DNA from: Atractiella rhizophila | Lineage: Eukaryota | DNA: 46,518 bases | Direction of reading: 5' to 3' | Assembly: GCA_021432655.1 (NCBI GenBank) | Contig: MU271546.1 | Location: 1 to 46,518, forward strand | Part shown: piece after piece, positions 1-16,131 of the stretch | How the letters are laid out: each line of letters opens with the position of its first letter | How positions within the stretch are numbered: position 1 is the first letter of the stretch | Notes under the pieces: generated by a model | What the model saw: only the letters and a program-made list of their open reading frames with translations | The model's database searches: none | Told to the model about the DNA's origin: nothing | Made by a program: the position numbers and the translations under genes

Positions 1-775
1 TATCAAGATATCTTCTCGCGCTATTCCTCTCCGCCGAGCATTCTCACCGTCACCCACCTAACTGGCACACATTCCCATTTAGTTCAACAAATGCGTGTCC
101 TCCTCTCCCTCGCTCACTACACAGGACGCGCCTTCGTCCCTCCCTTGTACGCCACGCTCACCGGCCTCCCAAGGGGAGCAACGACTACCCTAAACTCGTG
201 GAACGTATTCCCTTTGGATCGCTTAGGCGATTGGTTAGGCATGGATTTGAGAGAAGCTGATTATGAGCAGCATGCGAGGCGACGACTGCTGGAGCTAGGG
301 GAAGAGGGGGTGGAGGGACTGAAGAAGCTGAATGACGTCGTGGATTTGGACGTGAGAGGTTTTACTGGGTTTGGACATGCAGTGACGGCGCTCAGGAGTG
401 AACGGGAGAAGGGAAGTTGGAGGGAGGAAGGATGGGCTATGGAGGACGCTTACGCGAATAATGGGATCATTGGAGGGGAACGAGGACTCAAAGGAAGAGG
501 GATCATAAGACTGAATGGATGGGAGATATGGAGCGATTGGCGGAAGTGGAAAGTTCCCAAACGTGCTGAGAGGTATGTCATCTCGCTTTCCTTAGAGTAA
601 CACTTGTACTAAACGACCGTGTAGATTTATAGACCTTTGTGCAGACGTAGACGAGGGACCGGATTGTGGACGCTTGTGTCGCGACAACCCTTTGATCATC
701 GATCGAATACAGTCTGGAGATGCTTTAGCAGAACGATGGCAATGGGAAGAGCTAGAGGAGGTATCACGGTGGTGA
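1..775 (+). CDS. 3' part of a hypothetical protein, possibly glycosyltransferase-like (5' end outside the window)
   Basis: Open frame through 572, GTATGT..TAG intron 573-624, last exon RFIDLCADVDEGPDCGRLC...EVSRW* with TGA at 773-775. The 'QMRVLLSLAHYTGRAFVPP' segment resembles GT-type 'ALA..TGRxLVLP' motifs, so the product call is weak. Confidence 0.45.
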
Positions 776-1118
776 TCACTTGCATTCCGTTAGAGATGAC
801 ATCTACATTTGTACGCAGTCTCTCTCCCGATGTATTCTCGGTCACTAATTTATGAGCAAGGAGCATTACTGTACATACAACATAGTTAATACTGGTGCAA
901 CTGTTCACAGGAGATGATTTTCCGTCATGGGAAAGGATGTGGGCACTTTCATTATAGGCTGCGCTGAGTACCATTTTTGTTTATAAAATCTGACGAACTT
1001 GTACCAAATGCCAGGAGGATATCGTTATTTTTTACATCCTATGGCCTTACATTTGTGTATTGTTACAACTGTCATTCTTTAATACATATTCCGTTCCCGA
1101 GCTTTTGCAACCTTTTGT

Positions 1119-2618
1119 TTAGAGAACACGCCTCAAAAGTTCTCCAATTTCTCTCGCGCTAGGCAGTTTCTCGCCAAGGCCATCATCGCTCCATCCGCCG
1201 TCACAACCCAACAAGTTTCTAGAGACCTTAATACCGAGCTCCCTACAATCTTCCTCCTTCACGCCATAGCTTCCCGCCTTGCTCTCGAGTCCCAGCTCAG
1301 TCACCAAAAGCTGCACGGCGTCCGCGAGCGCATAAGCCTTCTCCTCCTCCTTCTCCCCCGTTTCCTTCCTGTACTTCTCCGGCAAGCGATCGTGCGCTCG
1401 GGCGAGGAATTTGATGACGTTTGGCGACAAGGAGTTGGTGGAGAGCAGCAGTTTGATGGTTGGTGCGAGGGTCAAACAGGATGTTATCCCGTGCGGGATG
1501 GAGTATGTCGCACCGAGAGCGTGTCCGAGAGAATGGGAGAGGCCCAAGACGTGAGGAACGACGTTTGTTCCCAGACTTTTTTCCAAATCGATCAGTGAGT
1601 GGGTGAATCAGTCGATCGTGAGAATGGTAAGGGAGGAGACTCACGACATCCAAGCTCCTACGAAGGCTTCTTGACGAGCAGGGAGAGATGAAGGATCCTT
1701 CTTGCAGGCGGGAAGAGCGGTAAAGAGGATTTCAAGAGCATCGATCGCTGCATATCTCGCTGGAACTGAAGCCCGTGGGCGATAAAGGGTCTCGACAGCA
1801 TGGTCCACCGCTCTATTCCATTGAAAATGTGATTCAGTCCTCCCACGAAAATAAGCTAGGGAGGAAGACAAACCGGATTCCAGAGCTGAGCCAAAGCCTC
1901 TCTGGAGTATGAAGACTGACATGAGGGTCGTAAATTATCACCTTTGGAGCCATACGAGGGTCTCCTGCACCGGCTTTGTGTCCTTCTGTGTTGGTGTAGC
2001 CCGCCGTCCTATTTCAACAGCACGCAATCAGTTATTCATATATGGTTAGCAAAGCAGGTTGGCATACATAGTGAGTTCGGCAGCACTCAATGTAGTCGGA
2101 ATGGCGACAGACGGGATAAACGCGCCACCATTCTGTGCATTAAAGTATCCCACCAACTATGAAAGTAATGACGGTTAGTTCTCTTCTTGGGAAAGAGAGT
2201 AGACGGGTGGGAGACAAACCTTAGCAGCATCGATGGGCGAGCCTCCTCCTAAACTAATTATCACCTCCACTCCCTTCTCCTTCGCAGTCGCCGCTGCCTC
2301 TTCGACTCCTTTAATCGGTGCATGTTCTCCAATATCCGTATAAGTTGCGATAACACTGTTTCCCAGCAATTTCTTGACCACAAGTTTCGATCAGTCAACT
2401 TGTCACAGCAAGGGATGGTGGTTGAGACGAACTTGAATATCCTTCAACAATGGTGTTTTCGTAGCTATACTCTTGCCCGTGATGATGAGGGATTTGGGGA
2501 GCTTTCCGTTGGAATCAGGGAAGAGAGACTTGAGGATGGCCGGGAGCTCCTTCAGCTTTCGTTCCCCGTAATGGATCGCGGAGAGGGGTGTGGGTGTGTA
2601 AGTACCTCGAGTGGCCAT
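1119..2618 (-). CDS. Iron-containing alcohol dehydrogenase / maleylacetate reductase-like protein (multi-exon)
   Basis: NAD-binding motif LGGGSPIDAAK, IVAIPTTLSAAE, and metal-ligand motifs AVDHAVE, GLSHSLGHALG and IPHGITSC, spread over exons with canonical introns. Confidence 0.88.
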
Positions 2619-3307
2619 TCCAGGATTGAAAAAGTTGATGGCGTATCGATCGAGAGAGAAATATTTATTAATGACTGGATTTTTAGCGAATCAGAATGGT
2701 ACAGAGGACACGGTAGCGGACGCTGACACCACTCTTTTATGGACAACTATGACCCCTAGGCTGAGCGGCCTCGGATCAATCGATCACGCCTCTCCCGAGT
2801 GGTCCAGCTCCCAACCGCCTAACTGTCTATCTGAGTTTGGGCACTCACAGTCACAACAGGCCGCGTAAAATAGGCCGATGAGGAGATTTTCCAAGATCAG
2901 ATTCATGTTACTCCCATTGCATTTCACTTAACCGGTCGCGCTTTCAAGTCACGTTTTGGGAAAGCGAGTTTCCGACCGCTTTGCGAAGTTCCGAGTCGGA
3001 CTGGAAGAAGAAGAACGACACAACGACGACTAAGAAAATCTGAAGAGAGAGAGCTGCAAACTGCTCCACCTCGCTCGACTGCTGGTGACTCTGTCTTCCC
3101 GAACGTGTAAGTGTTCATTATCAAGTTCAAGTTTTGGGACGTGGATGTTTCGAGGTGCCGAAAGCGAAAGGAGGCACTACACTCAAGCTGCCCGGGAAGA
3201 TAAAAACGGGGGCTTAACAAGTGCTATTCCCTTCCGCGTCTTTCTGTTCTAAGAAGACCCAAAAGCGAGGTGTCTGACGCCACGATATCTCTGCAGGAAC
3301 AAGTAAA

Positions 3308-4210
3308 ATGACCCGTCCCTCCTCCTCGTCCATCTCCCGCCTCAATTCTCCACATCTCCTCGAAGTGCCTCTCCAGGACTCGACGCGAAATCGAGGACGC
3401 AGTTCTTCGCTCCTGTCTGTCAAGGAGATACAAGACAATGATGATGGATTTGTGGACGAAGGAGCAATGAGCAACTACAACGCAGACTGGGTGAATTACA
3501 AGGGTACGTCTTTCCGACCAACAGACTCTAGGAGAGTTTGTTGATCGATTGCCGAATTTCCAGGCGCATGGATCCTCCATCTCCTCCTCCTCGCCCTCGC
3601 CAAGCTCATCCTCGACTCGCTCCCCTTCCTCTCCCAAAACCTCTCCTGGACCATCCTCAACATCGGCTACAACCTCGTAACCTACATCATCTTCCACCAC
3701 ACCCTCGGAGTCCCCCTCGAATCCCAAACCTCAAACTATTCCGGAGTCTACGACCGTCTCACTCTCTGGGAACAAATCGACGAGGGCGACCAATACACTC
3801 CTTCAAAGAAATGGCTCAGCATCCTCCCCATAGCCCTCATGCTCTGCGCTAGCCATTACATCAAAGAAGACAGCGGCACCCTATTCGCTCTCAACTTCAT
3901 CGCTCTCCTGGTCCTCGGACTCATACCCAAGTTGCCCGTGGTCCACAGGATGAGGTTGAGGTGGGAAGGGTTTGGAGGGACGAAGGAGAGGCCGATCGGG
4001 TTCGAGATGAGCGGTCCGCCGGTACGTCTCCTTCACGCCTTTTTGCCTTGTCTTCTTTGGATACCGTTTGTCTGATGCTTGCTGGTGGTGGGATAGACCC
4101 CGATCGAGATGCAAATGAAAGGCATCCATCGCCCCCCTAGCACGGATGAGACGGAGGAATACGTGAATGTGGATGCCCCAGCGGAGGGAGGAGGAGGGAA
4201 GGAGTCATAG
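3308..4210 (+). CDS. ORM1: ORMDL family sphingolipid synthesis regulator
   Basis: NYNADWVNYKG|AWILH, FHHTLGVP, YDRLTLWEQIDEGDQYTPSKKWL and LIPKLPVVHRMR, plus an N-terminal RGRSSS phosphoregulatory motif. Two introns; TAG at 4208-4210. Confidence 0.93.
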
Positions 4211-4429
4211 ATTCCTTTCTCTTGCTTTTAGTGCCCATGCCCATGTTAAGTGGCTTGAGATATAGTGTTCCTAGAGCAGTGTAATGGACCTACTAATTCA
4301 AACCTTTCGTACATTGTCGTCAAGCTTAAGTTCTTGTTGTTCAAGGAGAGGAGAGGTTTGGCAGTGATCAAAATCCCAAAATGCGCGCGTTGCAAGATGC
4401 AGGGTATATTTTGAAGCATGAAACAAAAA

Positions 4430-6409
4430 TCACCAATCCTCCCACTTATCCTCCTCCTTCTTCGCCGTTCCCACCGAAGGAGTCGGGACCGTCGCCCCCC
4501 TCTTAACCGCCCCCAGCCTCATACCCTTCCCCTTAGCAGACGCAGACGCAGGCGTAGGCGCCTCCTTCGCAGGCGGATCGTCGAACCCAAACTCCTTCCA
4601 CTCGTTCGCGTTCTCCACCGGCCGCGCCGACTGACTGGTGGGCGACAGTTGGTCCGCGAAGAAGTCGTCGTTGCCTTGGTGCGAATAGCGCGTCGAGGGT
4701 TCGCGCGAGGAGTCGTCAAAGCCTTGATCGACGGTGGAATAGCCGTGCGTTTCGGGACGGCGGTCGACGTAGCCTGCCCCGACTGGAGGAACATGTCAGG
4801 TTTGGGAGTTCGGGAGGAGGAATCGGGACGAAAACAGATAACATGTGGAGGGAAGGGATGGGTGGGAGAGGGACGCACGTTCGCCAACATCGTACCCCGT
4901 CTCCCTCTTGATCATCTTTCCTCCTTGTCTCAGTCCGTCGCCTAAATACGACCCTCCTTTCTGTAAAGTCTCCCCAGCGCTATGCAAGTAGTCCCAGCCC
5001 TGTTTATGGAGTTCAGGATCCTGTGCCATTCGCATGCCGGGCTGTACCACACTCCTGCATCCATCCATATATCCCCTCAGTAATTGCATCACCAATATGT
5101 AGGGAAGGATATGACATGGGTTAGAACGGGGACAGACTCATTGACTACCTTCGCAGCCTGGCCAAAAGCGCTGCTCAAAAATCCCCATCCCTTACTCACC
5201 GCCTTCGCCGGATCATCTCTCAAATCATCCAAAGTAGGCAGAGCCCTCGAGCTCGTCGCCTCCGCGACCGAATTCGAGGGAGTATACGACGTATTCCCGA
5301 ACCCTCCATACTTTCCTCCCTGCGAAGGAGGCAGGTTGTCAGGCCTAGAAGCGTTCGCGGCACCGAGGGAAGCGAAGTAGTTCTCGTTCCTCTCTTTTTG
5401 TGACCCTCCCATCCCGAAATCTGAATTCGAGGTGGGGTTTGGAGAGGCGGAGCGGGAACCAATGGGTGATGGAGTGCTGTTTCCTCGCAATGAAGAACCG
5501 AGGCGTCCACCGGGCTTGCGTAGGGAGGAACTACCTATGCCTGTCGGTGTGGACGGTGTGGAAGGTCTCGAACCGTTTGATGGCGACGGAGGAGGCACTT
5601 GGCTGGGATCCCAGGGACGGTTGGCGATCGTGGCCGCAAGCTTGGATTTGTAGAGGGTGGCGAAGTGCGCAGTATACTTTTGAGGGATCGGAAGGGTGGA
5701 GGAGTAGTCTGGAGACTAGTAGTTTCGTGATGTGAAATGAGAAAAAGGACAGTGGAAGAGAAGGGTACGGACGAACGGTTTCAAAGAATTCTCGGCACTG
5801 TCAAGATGACATCGAAGTCGAAGAAGACAAAGATATGAGTCGGCAGAATCAAGGAAAGGGAAGTGGTTGACGCACTGCTGCGTTTCCTCCCATTTTCATA
5901 TATTTCAACTGCTCCTCCGTCCATTTGTCCTATTCAATAACCACATGTCTCCCATCAATCGGATATTGCAGGAGAGGGAGAATGAGAAGGTACAGACCAT
6001 GGTGATGGACCGAACAAAGGTGATGTGAACACCTAAGCCTCGATGTTGACCGGAGCAAGAGAGGCAGATAAACGTCCCGAAACTGTCGTTCATTCCTTAT
6101 CAACTTTCCATCTCCCATTCCAGAACTACGAAAGAGGACTGACCTAAGCGAAGCCCACTTTATCACCCGTTGTCTTGTCAGCTTTCTTTCACTTTTTCAT
6201 TGCAAGGAACAGGAGGGAAGGAGAGGCAGGGAAAGAAGGACCTGAGGCATGGGCGAGGAACAATCCATACACGTCTTATTCCTGTGACGATATGTGCATT
6301 AGCTCCTCATGCCACCTCGCATATGATAAACACTAGAGGAGGAGGGATCAACGAACCCAGGCTGTTTCATGAGCTCCAAGAGGAGCGCTTTCGTCTCTGG
6401 ATCCGCCAT
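4430..6409 (-). CDS. GCS1: ARF GTPase-activating protein (Gcs1/ArfGAP1 type)
   Basis: Spliced zinc finger NKTCMDCSSPMPQ|WASL|SFGTFICLSCSGQHRGLGVHITFVRSITM|DKWTEEQL, then NENYFASLGAANASRPDNLPPSQGGKYGGFGN and C-terminal EEDKWEDW. Confidence 0.92.
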
Positions 6410-6679
6410 TTCTTGTCTCTGTTCTTTCTATGCCTGCCTGTTCCTTCTACCTGAGAAATATTAATCGCGGAATGGTCGTTAAGCACAAAGCAAAAGATAT
6501 CCAAAGTGAAAGGTCACGTGGTATTTGTACGCCTAGTACGAAGAAGGTACGGGACGTCTGCCTCAATCTTTTTCACTTTCGCGATCGCGTTCGCGTTTAA
6601 ACGTTTCTTGATAACAGTTATAACTACTGCACCGTTTATGGTTGGCATAGATTTATGCTTTATCAAGTGTAAATAAAGG
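6410..6679. promoter_or_regulatory. Short bidirectional promoter between GCS1 and AFG2
   Basis: 270 bp between divergent ATGs. Contains GTCACGTG (bHLH E-box, ~6513-6520) and clustered CGCG(T) MCB-like motifs (~6580-6596). Confidence 0.45.
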
Positions 6680-9636
<2,957 letters not shown>

Positions 9637-11239
9637 GATACCACAAATCAAGCATGATACTGGTATCCGATACATAATCTTTGCAATGATTCATGTTCAC
9701 AAACGCTTAGATACAAAGGGCCAGTGGCATGCATCAAGGACGCACAAATTAATATAAAGCTGGACGAACCTCTCCACGTGATCAATAAACATCATCAATT
9801 AACTGGAAGCAGTAACACAATGAAAAATAAAAGAATGGCTGGGAAGGATATGCAGTGACTGGTCAGAAGCTGGAGGAGTGTTACTTGGGCAGCCACCCAG
9901 ATGTTCCTGATGTTGAAACCTCAATATGGTGCGTATTTCCCATGCGGTACCCGTATAAGTGAAGAGGGCGGAGGGTTAGGAGCCCATGGGGAGACTTGAC
10001 TACGTATGCTGTGTACATCGGTGAGCTCTTTGCCAGTGGAGTAGTTAAGAGGCATAATCCCCCGATTACCAGCGGTTGTCCCATCTATCCTATGTTGTCA
10101 GGCCTTTACCCATAAGCCGCTGTACACTTCCCGGACTGTACAAGACCACTGGAGGGGAGGAATTTGTCAGAGGGACTAGAGAGTGGTGGCAATTTGCTCC
10201 AGGGCAATCTTGACATTGCTCTCACCTTGAATTATCACAGCCCACATCCCAACGCTGATGCTTCGGGGTCGTTAACAATTTCTCAGAAATCCAGATCAAG
10301 ATATACAGTAAATGTCGCATTTGAAGAATCTTTTGCAAGCTATTCATCCGCTCACCTCCACCCTCACCCTACGCCTCCGTCGGCCTTGATGCGGCCAGAA
10401 CTTGGACGTTCTAAACGACATACTTGTCCCCTCGTAGTCACTTACAATCCTGCTTGGTGCAGATATGACTTGCTATAGTCTGCCCCGTCATGGCGGTATA
10501 TAGGCCCAGACATTACTAGAGACTAGAGCAGTCGAGTTCCATCTGCAAGGACAAGCAGTCATGGTCACCTACCTTGCCAAAGTCGAAGATTAGTAAAATC
10601 GATCATCTTTTCTTAAAGATGAACAAACGCAGAATCTTGAGAAGGACATCAAGTCATTTCCTTAATTGACTAATCTCCAATCGAAAACGAGAGTCTAATT
10701 ATCGGCTGCTTTCACAAACAAAAGACTCACCGTGTCATTTTTTTTTTGTTTCCTGCATTATGATGGCTTGAGCCTACAATGCATTCAGATCAAGTGTCTC
10801 GATAATCTCGATATTGTTTATTGGTACTTTTGTTGTCGATGTCAATGATCCATCCAGAACATGAAAGCACAACATTCCTCTCTTTCTGCATTCTATGTAA
10901 TTGTTGGCAAAGAAATCTTTGTAAATCGCAGCCATGGCTGTTATCATGCAATAGGTCGGACTCTACCTCCACTGAGGCCTGATATGCTTATTTTTCCACC
11001 TGAAAACAACCCGTATTTTCACACGTGCAGTCTTGTTATTGTCACGTTTTGTTACTCTGTAAACGCCGAAGAATCTAATGATTTCATAGGTCCACTTGTC
11101 TCACACCCGGAACCTAAACTTTTCTCGATTCCGAAATGATTATAAAACGGCCCTACTCCGTCTCCGCCTCCACGTCTCAAAAACACCTCACACTCAAATT
11201 CTCTCAAAAAAACTCGGCTTGACGATACCTCACGGCAAT

Positions 11240-12060
11240 ATGTCTTCTGAACCCTTACTAACCCTGACGACTGGAAGGAGTCCTAATTCTCCCCTCGTCG
11301 ATCTCAACCCTCTCCTGTCGTACCCTCCGTCCTGTTCTGCCTGGGGTCTTTCTTGGGACATCTACCAAGAGCTGAACCTACTGATTTGGGAGGCGAATCT
11401 TGAAGATCCAGAACTGAGGGAGGCAGCGGAGCTGATGCTGAGCTCCGATTTACCACCTTTTATCCATTTTGCTCTTGAAGCAGCGCTTGCTTGGGTCGGC
11501 GCTAAGGCGATGGAAGCTTGGACGTTATACTCAGTCGCTTTCCAAGAAACATATCGGTTTCAAGTCAACACCTGCTCAGCACATCAGGAGGCGACACTAA
11601 TCAAGGTCTTTCGAGAGAAAATCGCTCGCGAATTAGAGGAGCTATATGGTACGCCTCGTCTTTTTACCATCTTTCCGCCTTTTGAGAGCCATATCCAGAT
11701 TCCATCACTGGCGTCTCTCGCGTCCCAAGCGAATACAAAGACCTATCCCGTTCTGTTCCAACGCGATCTCCCATTGTTCCTTTCCTCATGTGGCTCGAAA
11801 AGGATGTCGCAAACCTTTTCACCACCGCCGACATGGAAGCGCTAGACACGTATCGTAAGTACTTTTATCTTCCCATTACTTCGCTTCTCACCTGCACTTT
11901 GCCAGAAATGTATCTTATCGAGGTCGCTCGACGTGACAACCACTGGAAAGTCGTAGCGCAAACGCTAGATGAACAGACAGAGAAGGCATCTCCTTACATC
12001 GGCGGAATCGAGGTTTTTCGTAACGCTCTGAATGCCATTCGAAAACAGATGCACTTGTGA
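11240..12060 (+). CDS. Hypothetical helical protein, 3 exons
   Basis: ATG at 11240. Introns starting GTACGC (~11649) and GTAAGT (~11855) join three open frames into one ORF ending NAIRKQMHL*. No family recognised. Confidence 0.55.
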
Positions 12061-13074
12061 CGGCTCGACTTCTCCCTTTTGACGACTCCACGCTCGTTAT
12101 GATCTTCTTCCGCCGCTTCGTCTTTCTGACGTTCTATTACATTCCTTTCCATTTTGATTTGGTTCCGATTTGGTCATTCGTTCACCGTTTTCTCTCATGG
12201 CATCTGCACTCCGCATCCCACATCGTTTCTCAATCGCATTTGCATCATAGATTAGTGTATCGTCTCATTATAATTTCGTCGTTCTTGCAAAGTACAACTG
12301 TCCACTTTTCCTGTTCACAAGAGAACGCAAGTCCCAACAAACCATTGTATCCGGTATTGGTGCTAGTAATCATGTTTGTCATCTGAGTACCTATGGAATT
12401 GGCAGGGGATGCTAGGCGTTTATTCGCGCTTAGAGATATCAGTATAGCAGTACTAATTCTGTCTCCTGCTTCTGACGCTGCCTGATGCCTGGAAAGTCGA
12501 AAGAGGTTTGTTGTTCTGATGGTGGCATTTTTCAAATTGATCCTAGCCATAAAAGTGAACTATTGTAAAATGGGGATGAAGAAGGAAAGAGACGACTCTT
12601 TTGAGAGCAAAAGATGTAAATTTCAAAACTATTTCTGCCAACATGTATTAGGGCATTGAGGAGCTGAAAGTCAAGGTAAATATTAGGGATGGGATACTAC
12701 TCGACAAACAGAAGAATTGGGGTCGGGTCAATAAGGAACCCTTATGTGATCGTTACGGAAATGGTGTTTATCCTTCCAGAAACGTTTGGTTAGAAGATAA
12801 ACATCAGTTTACTACTGAAGAACTGTGAACTGGAACTGGAGAGAAGACATGCGAATGCGAGCCACAACGAATTGAAACTTGGGAGGGGAAAATGTGTACG
12901 TCGTAGCAGGGAAGCTGCAAATGATTAAAACCGAAACAAAACGTTGGAATGGGGTTGTGGATCTGTTGCGCACTGACTGAGATTTGATATTTGGTGGATG
13001 GAAACCGAGACAGAGTCAGAGAACCGAGACGACCGAAACCGAAACAAGCAAAATCAGAGAACAAAACGAAACGT

Positions 13075-13952
13075 TTAATAAGCCCTCGCGAGTCCGATAG
13101 GAGTCACTCCCTTGCCTTTAGGCTTCCTGTCTTCTTTCTTCCCACCCCCGCTTCCGGGTATGAAGGGGTTTCCCCTTTTGATCGCAGGGGTAGGAGCAGG
13201 AGAGACCCTCTTCCTTGGGTATTCGGAAGCGTTCACACCGTAGTTGGAGGAGGAGAGAGAGCGCTTCTCAGGAATGAACGAGTTCTTCCAGACTTTTCGA
13301 GGGACAAGAGGAGGGGTATCAAATGTAGGCTTAGAAGGTATCGCGGCAACAGCCGGAGGAGGAATGAGGGAAGCATCGTATTTCTTTCGGAGGGAAGGAT
13401 CGGAGAGAGTGGTATATGCAGTCGTAAGAAGTTGGAAGGCGAGATTGGCACATCCTTGCTCTGATGCCGAATGTTTATCGGGATGTGTAGCGAGAGCCAA
13501 CTTCAGGTGCTCCGTAATAAGTCAAGCATTAAACTCGCGAGAGGGAGACAAACAGATTTATATGCCTTTCGAATCTCGTCGACGCTCGCATTCCTCTTCA
13601 CTCCGAACAGCTCGTAGTGATCCTTCGCATCGATGAGCTTCTGCCAGTCAACCGTAGGGGCTTCAAATTTTGCCCTAATATGAACTGGAGTTGAAGGAAC
13701 AGGGTTCTTGGTTACCGACACAGCCGCTTCATTGACAATATCCAGGTCCAAATCGACAAGGATCTTCGCGGTGTCTCGATGCTGTTTGGACTGGGCAACG
13801 GCATTAATCACGACGGCCAACTCGTCATCGCTATGCGCCTTCTTCCATCGATTCAATAGCGCGAGTTTGTGCCAGTTGAAGACAATAGATTCCTTTCTTG
13901 CCCATGAGAAACGACTTGGACGAGCTGGAGGAGGCTGAGTTGCTCGTGTGGT
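13075..13952 (-). CDS. J-domain (DnaJ/Hsp40) protein, 5' end lost in an assembly gap
   Basis: DHYELFGVKRNASVDEIRKAYK|KLALATHPDK...AFQLLTTAYTTLSDPSLRKKYD, with one intron before the HPD motif and a basic/Pro-rich tail. Confidence 0.85.
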
Positions 13953-14307
13953 NNNNNNNNNNNNNNNNNNNNNNNNNNNNNNNNNNNNNNNNNNNNNNNN
14001 NNNNNNNNNNNNNNNNNNNNNNNNNNNNNNNNNNNNNNNNNNNNNNNNNNNNNNNNNNNNNNNNNNNNNNNNNNNNNNNNNNNNNNNNNNNNNNNNNNNN
14101 NNNNNNNNNNNNNNNNNNNNNNNNNNNNNNNNNNNNNNNNNNNNNNNNNNNNNNNNNNNNNNNNNNNNNNNNNNNNNNNNNNNNNNNNNNNNNNNNNNNN
14201 NNNNNNNNNNNNNNNNNNNNNNNNNNNNNNNNNNNNNNNNNNNNNNNNNNNNNNNNNNNNNNNNNNNNNNNNNNNNNNNNNNNNNNNNNNNNNNNNNNNN
14301 NNNNNNN
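13953..14307. other. Assembly gap (N run)
   Basis: Run of N bases. Confidence 0.99.
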
Positions 14308-16131
14308 AAACAACCCAATTCTTTTATTTCCGCCTAGATCTATAAAGCAAATAATAATCAATATTCGACCAAACAGACGACGATCAGCTCCACAGAGGGC
14401 AAAGACACGTTTTTATGGCCAGGGAATGTTGTCGCGAAGTTGTATAACAGAGTTCGAACTTCTACCCACTTCCGGACCGCTTCCGAAAGGAAACACTGTT
14501 ACAAAGAAGTTTGTTACTGATGCTGATTAAATGGTGAGTGGATGAAGCATGGTGGACGAATGGAGACCGGGGTGGATGGGCCGTTCGAAAGTCATTGGAG
14601 GAGGTGCGCGTTCCGCGTTTTCATATTGTGGAAGGCGATGGTGAGAAGACATTCTACACTTACTTCCCGGGATTCCCTCAGTTGGGACAGGATTAGATTC
14701 TCTGGGCTCTGGGCTTCCCTCCTTGTTCTGCAGCTGGCTCTCCTCTTCATTTTGACTTCAGGCGCGGTCTTGCTATGATCACGTGCCGCCTGTCTCTTCA
14801 GTTATTGAATGAAGCCCAGTAGTGCATTCCGTGGAATAAACATGGATACCGCCTAAATAGTTCTCGACAAGTTGTAATTCATGGCTTCTGAGCGCGAAGG
14901 TAATTAAGCGAGTCTACAGCCTGGGCACAAATTGACGAACCTTCTTTTCCATGTTAAAAGCCTAGATCGGCTTATTGTTTCATTGACGGCTGCCCAATAT
15001 TCTTCTGCAATTGGTCACGGGTTGTGCTGGGTTGGTGATGTCGCTTGCACCATATTCTCCAAAGATAATCCCCATTTTGGTACCGGAAACCAGGAAAGTG
15101 ATCTCCTTGCACAATTAAAGGAAGCCAGCCAAAAGAGCTGCTGCGAAATTAGGAGTTGGGACATGGCACAGGCACTGGCACTTGATACAGCTATTAGTGA
15201 GGGCTTCCGGTCTCGCCGCTCGATCCCAAACTTGAAGCAAAGAGATGCTATCATGGCGTCAGTTTTGACCACTTCTTCCGCTTATTACAACTGCTCTACG
15301 AATCGTATCGGGAACATAACAAATCTTTCTGTACTCTGTACGAACATTTTATTTTTCGAGTATTCTCTATGCTTTTGGGGGTGATCAATACACGACCAAG
15401 GAAAATTTGAGGACGTTACAAAAAGCCTCAGCTGTCGATAGTCGTCAGCCTCATACCCTCCTCGGCGTCTTTCAAGGGCAACTGAGCCAGTTTCAGTATT
15501 TTACAGTCCTGAAAGATACGGCGACATCGATCTTAGGTACAAAGAAACAGCCCCGACCTGGAACGAATGCTCAGATTCGTTTCTCGTCTCTCTCCACCGA
15601 TTGCTCCCCTCGTCTCAGCAGGTATAACAGACCTGTAATGTCTCCATTTACACCCACTCAGAAGCAAAAGGATGCAGGTTTAGAGGGACTAGTACATAAC
15701 GAGAGATCCAGGTACTAGTAGTGTAGCGTTTTATGACAACTATCTACATGACATCTTCGTTTCCTTGCGGGCTGGGCTCAAAAGATTTCTACCTTGCTCC
15801 GCGGTCATTAATATCGCTGCTCAGCAGTCAGCTGCTGGCTTGTTTATTTCTTCATTCTATGAAGACTGAAATGATGTGCTTTGATTGTCGCGCCGAGATA
15901 TCGGTAAAATAGGGTTCATTCAAAGCACCAGATCTCGATCGCTACTGTAACTTCGATTTCGATCCAACTCTCTGGAACATGACAATCCTAATCCGATTCG
16001 TGTCGCTGGCTTACTGCATATAAAGCCTCTCTGACTTTCGGCAGACTCTCTCGTCTTCTGCAGCCAACGAATGATTCAGCGACTGCAGACAACAATACCT
16101 CCAAAGCTATCTGCGACTGCGACATTTCAAC

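Noticed and set aside
13000..13075. GAAACC/GAGAC-like short repeats, also (AAACC)n at ~23150 and (GAAT)n at ~43846
   Set aside because: These are low-complexity UTR or intron microsatellites with no regular repeat-spacer structure, so not CRISPR-like.
14932..15384. 150-aa ORF
   Set aside because: Non-ATG start, no recognisable motif and no supporting gene structure.
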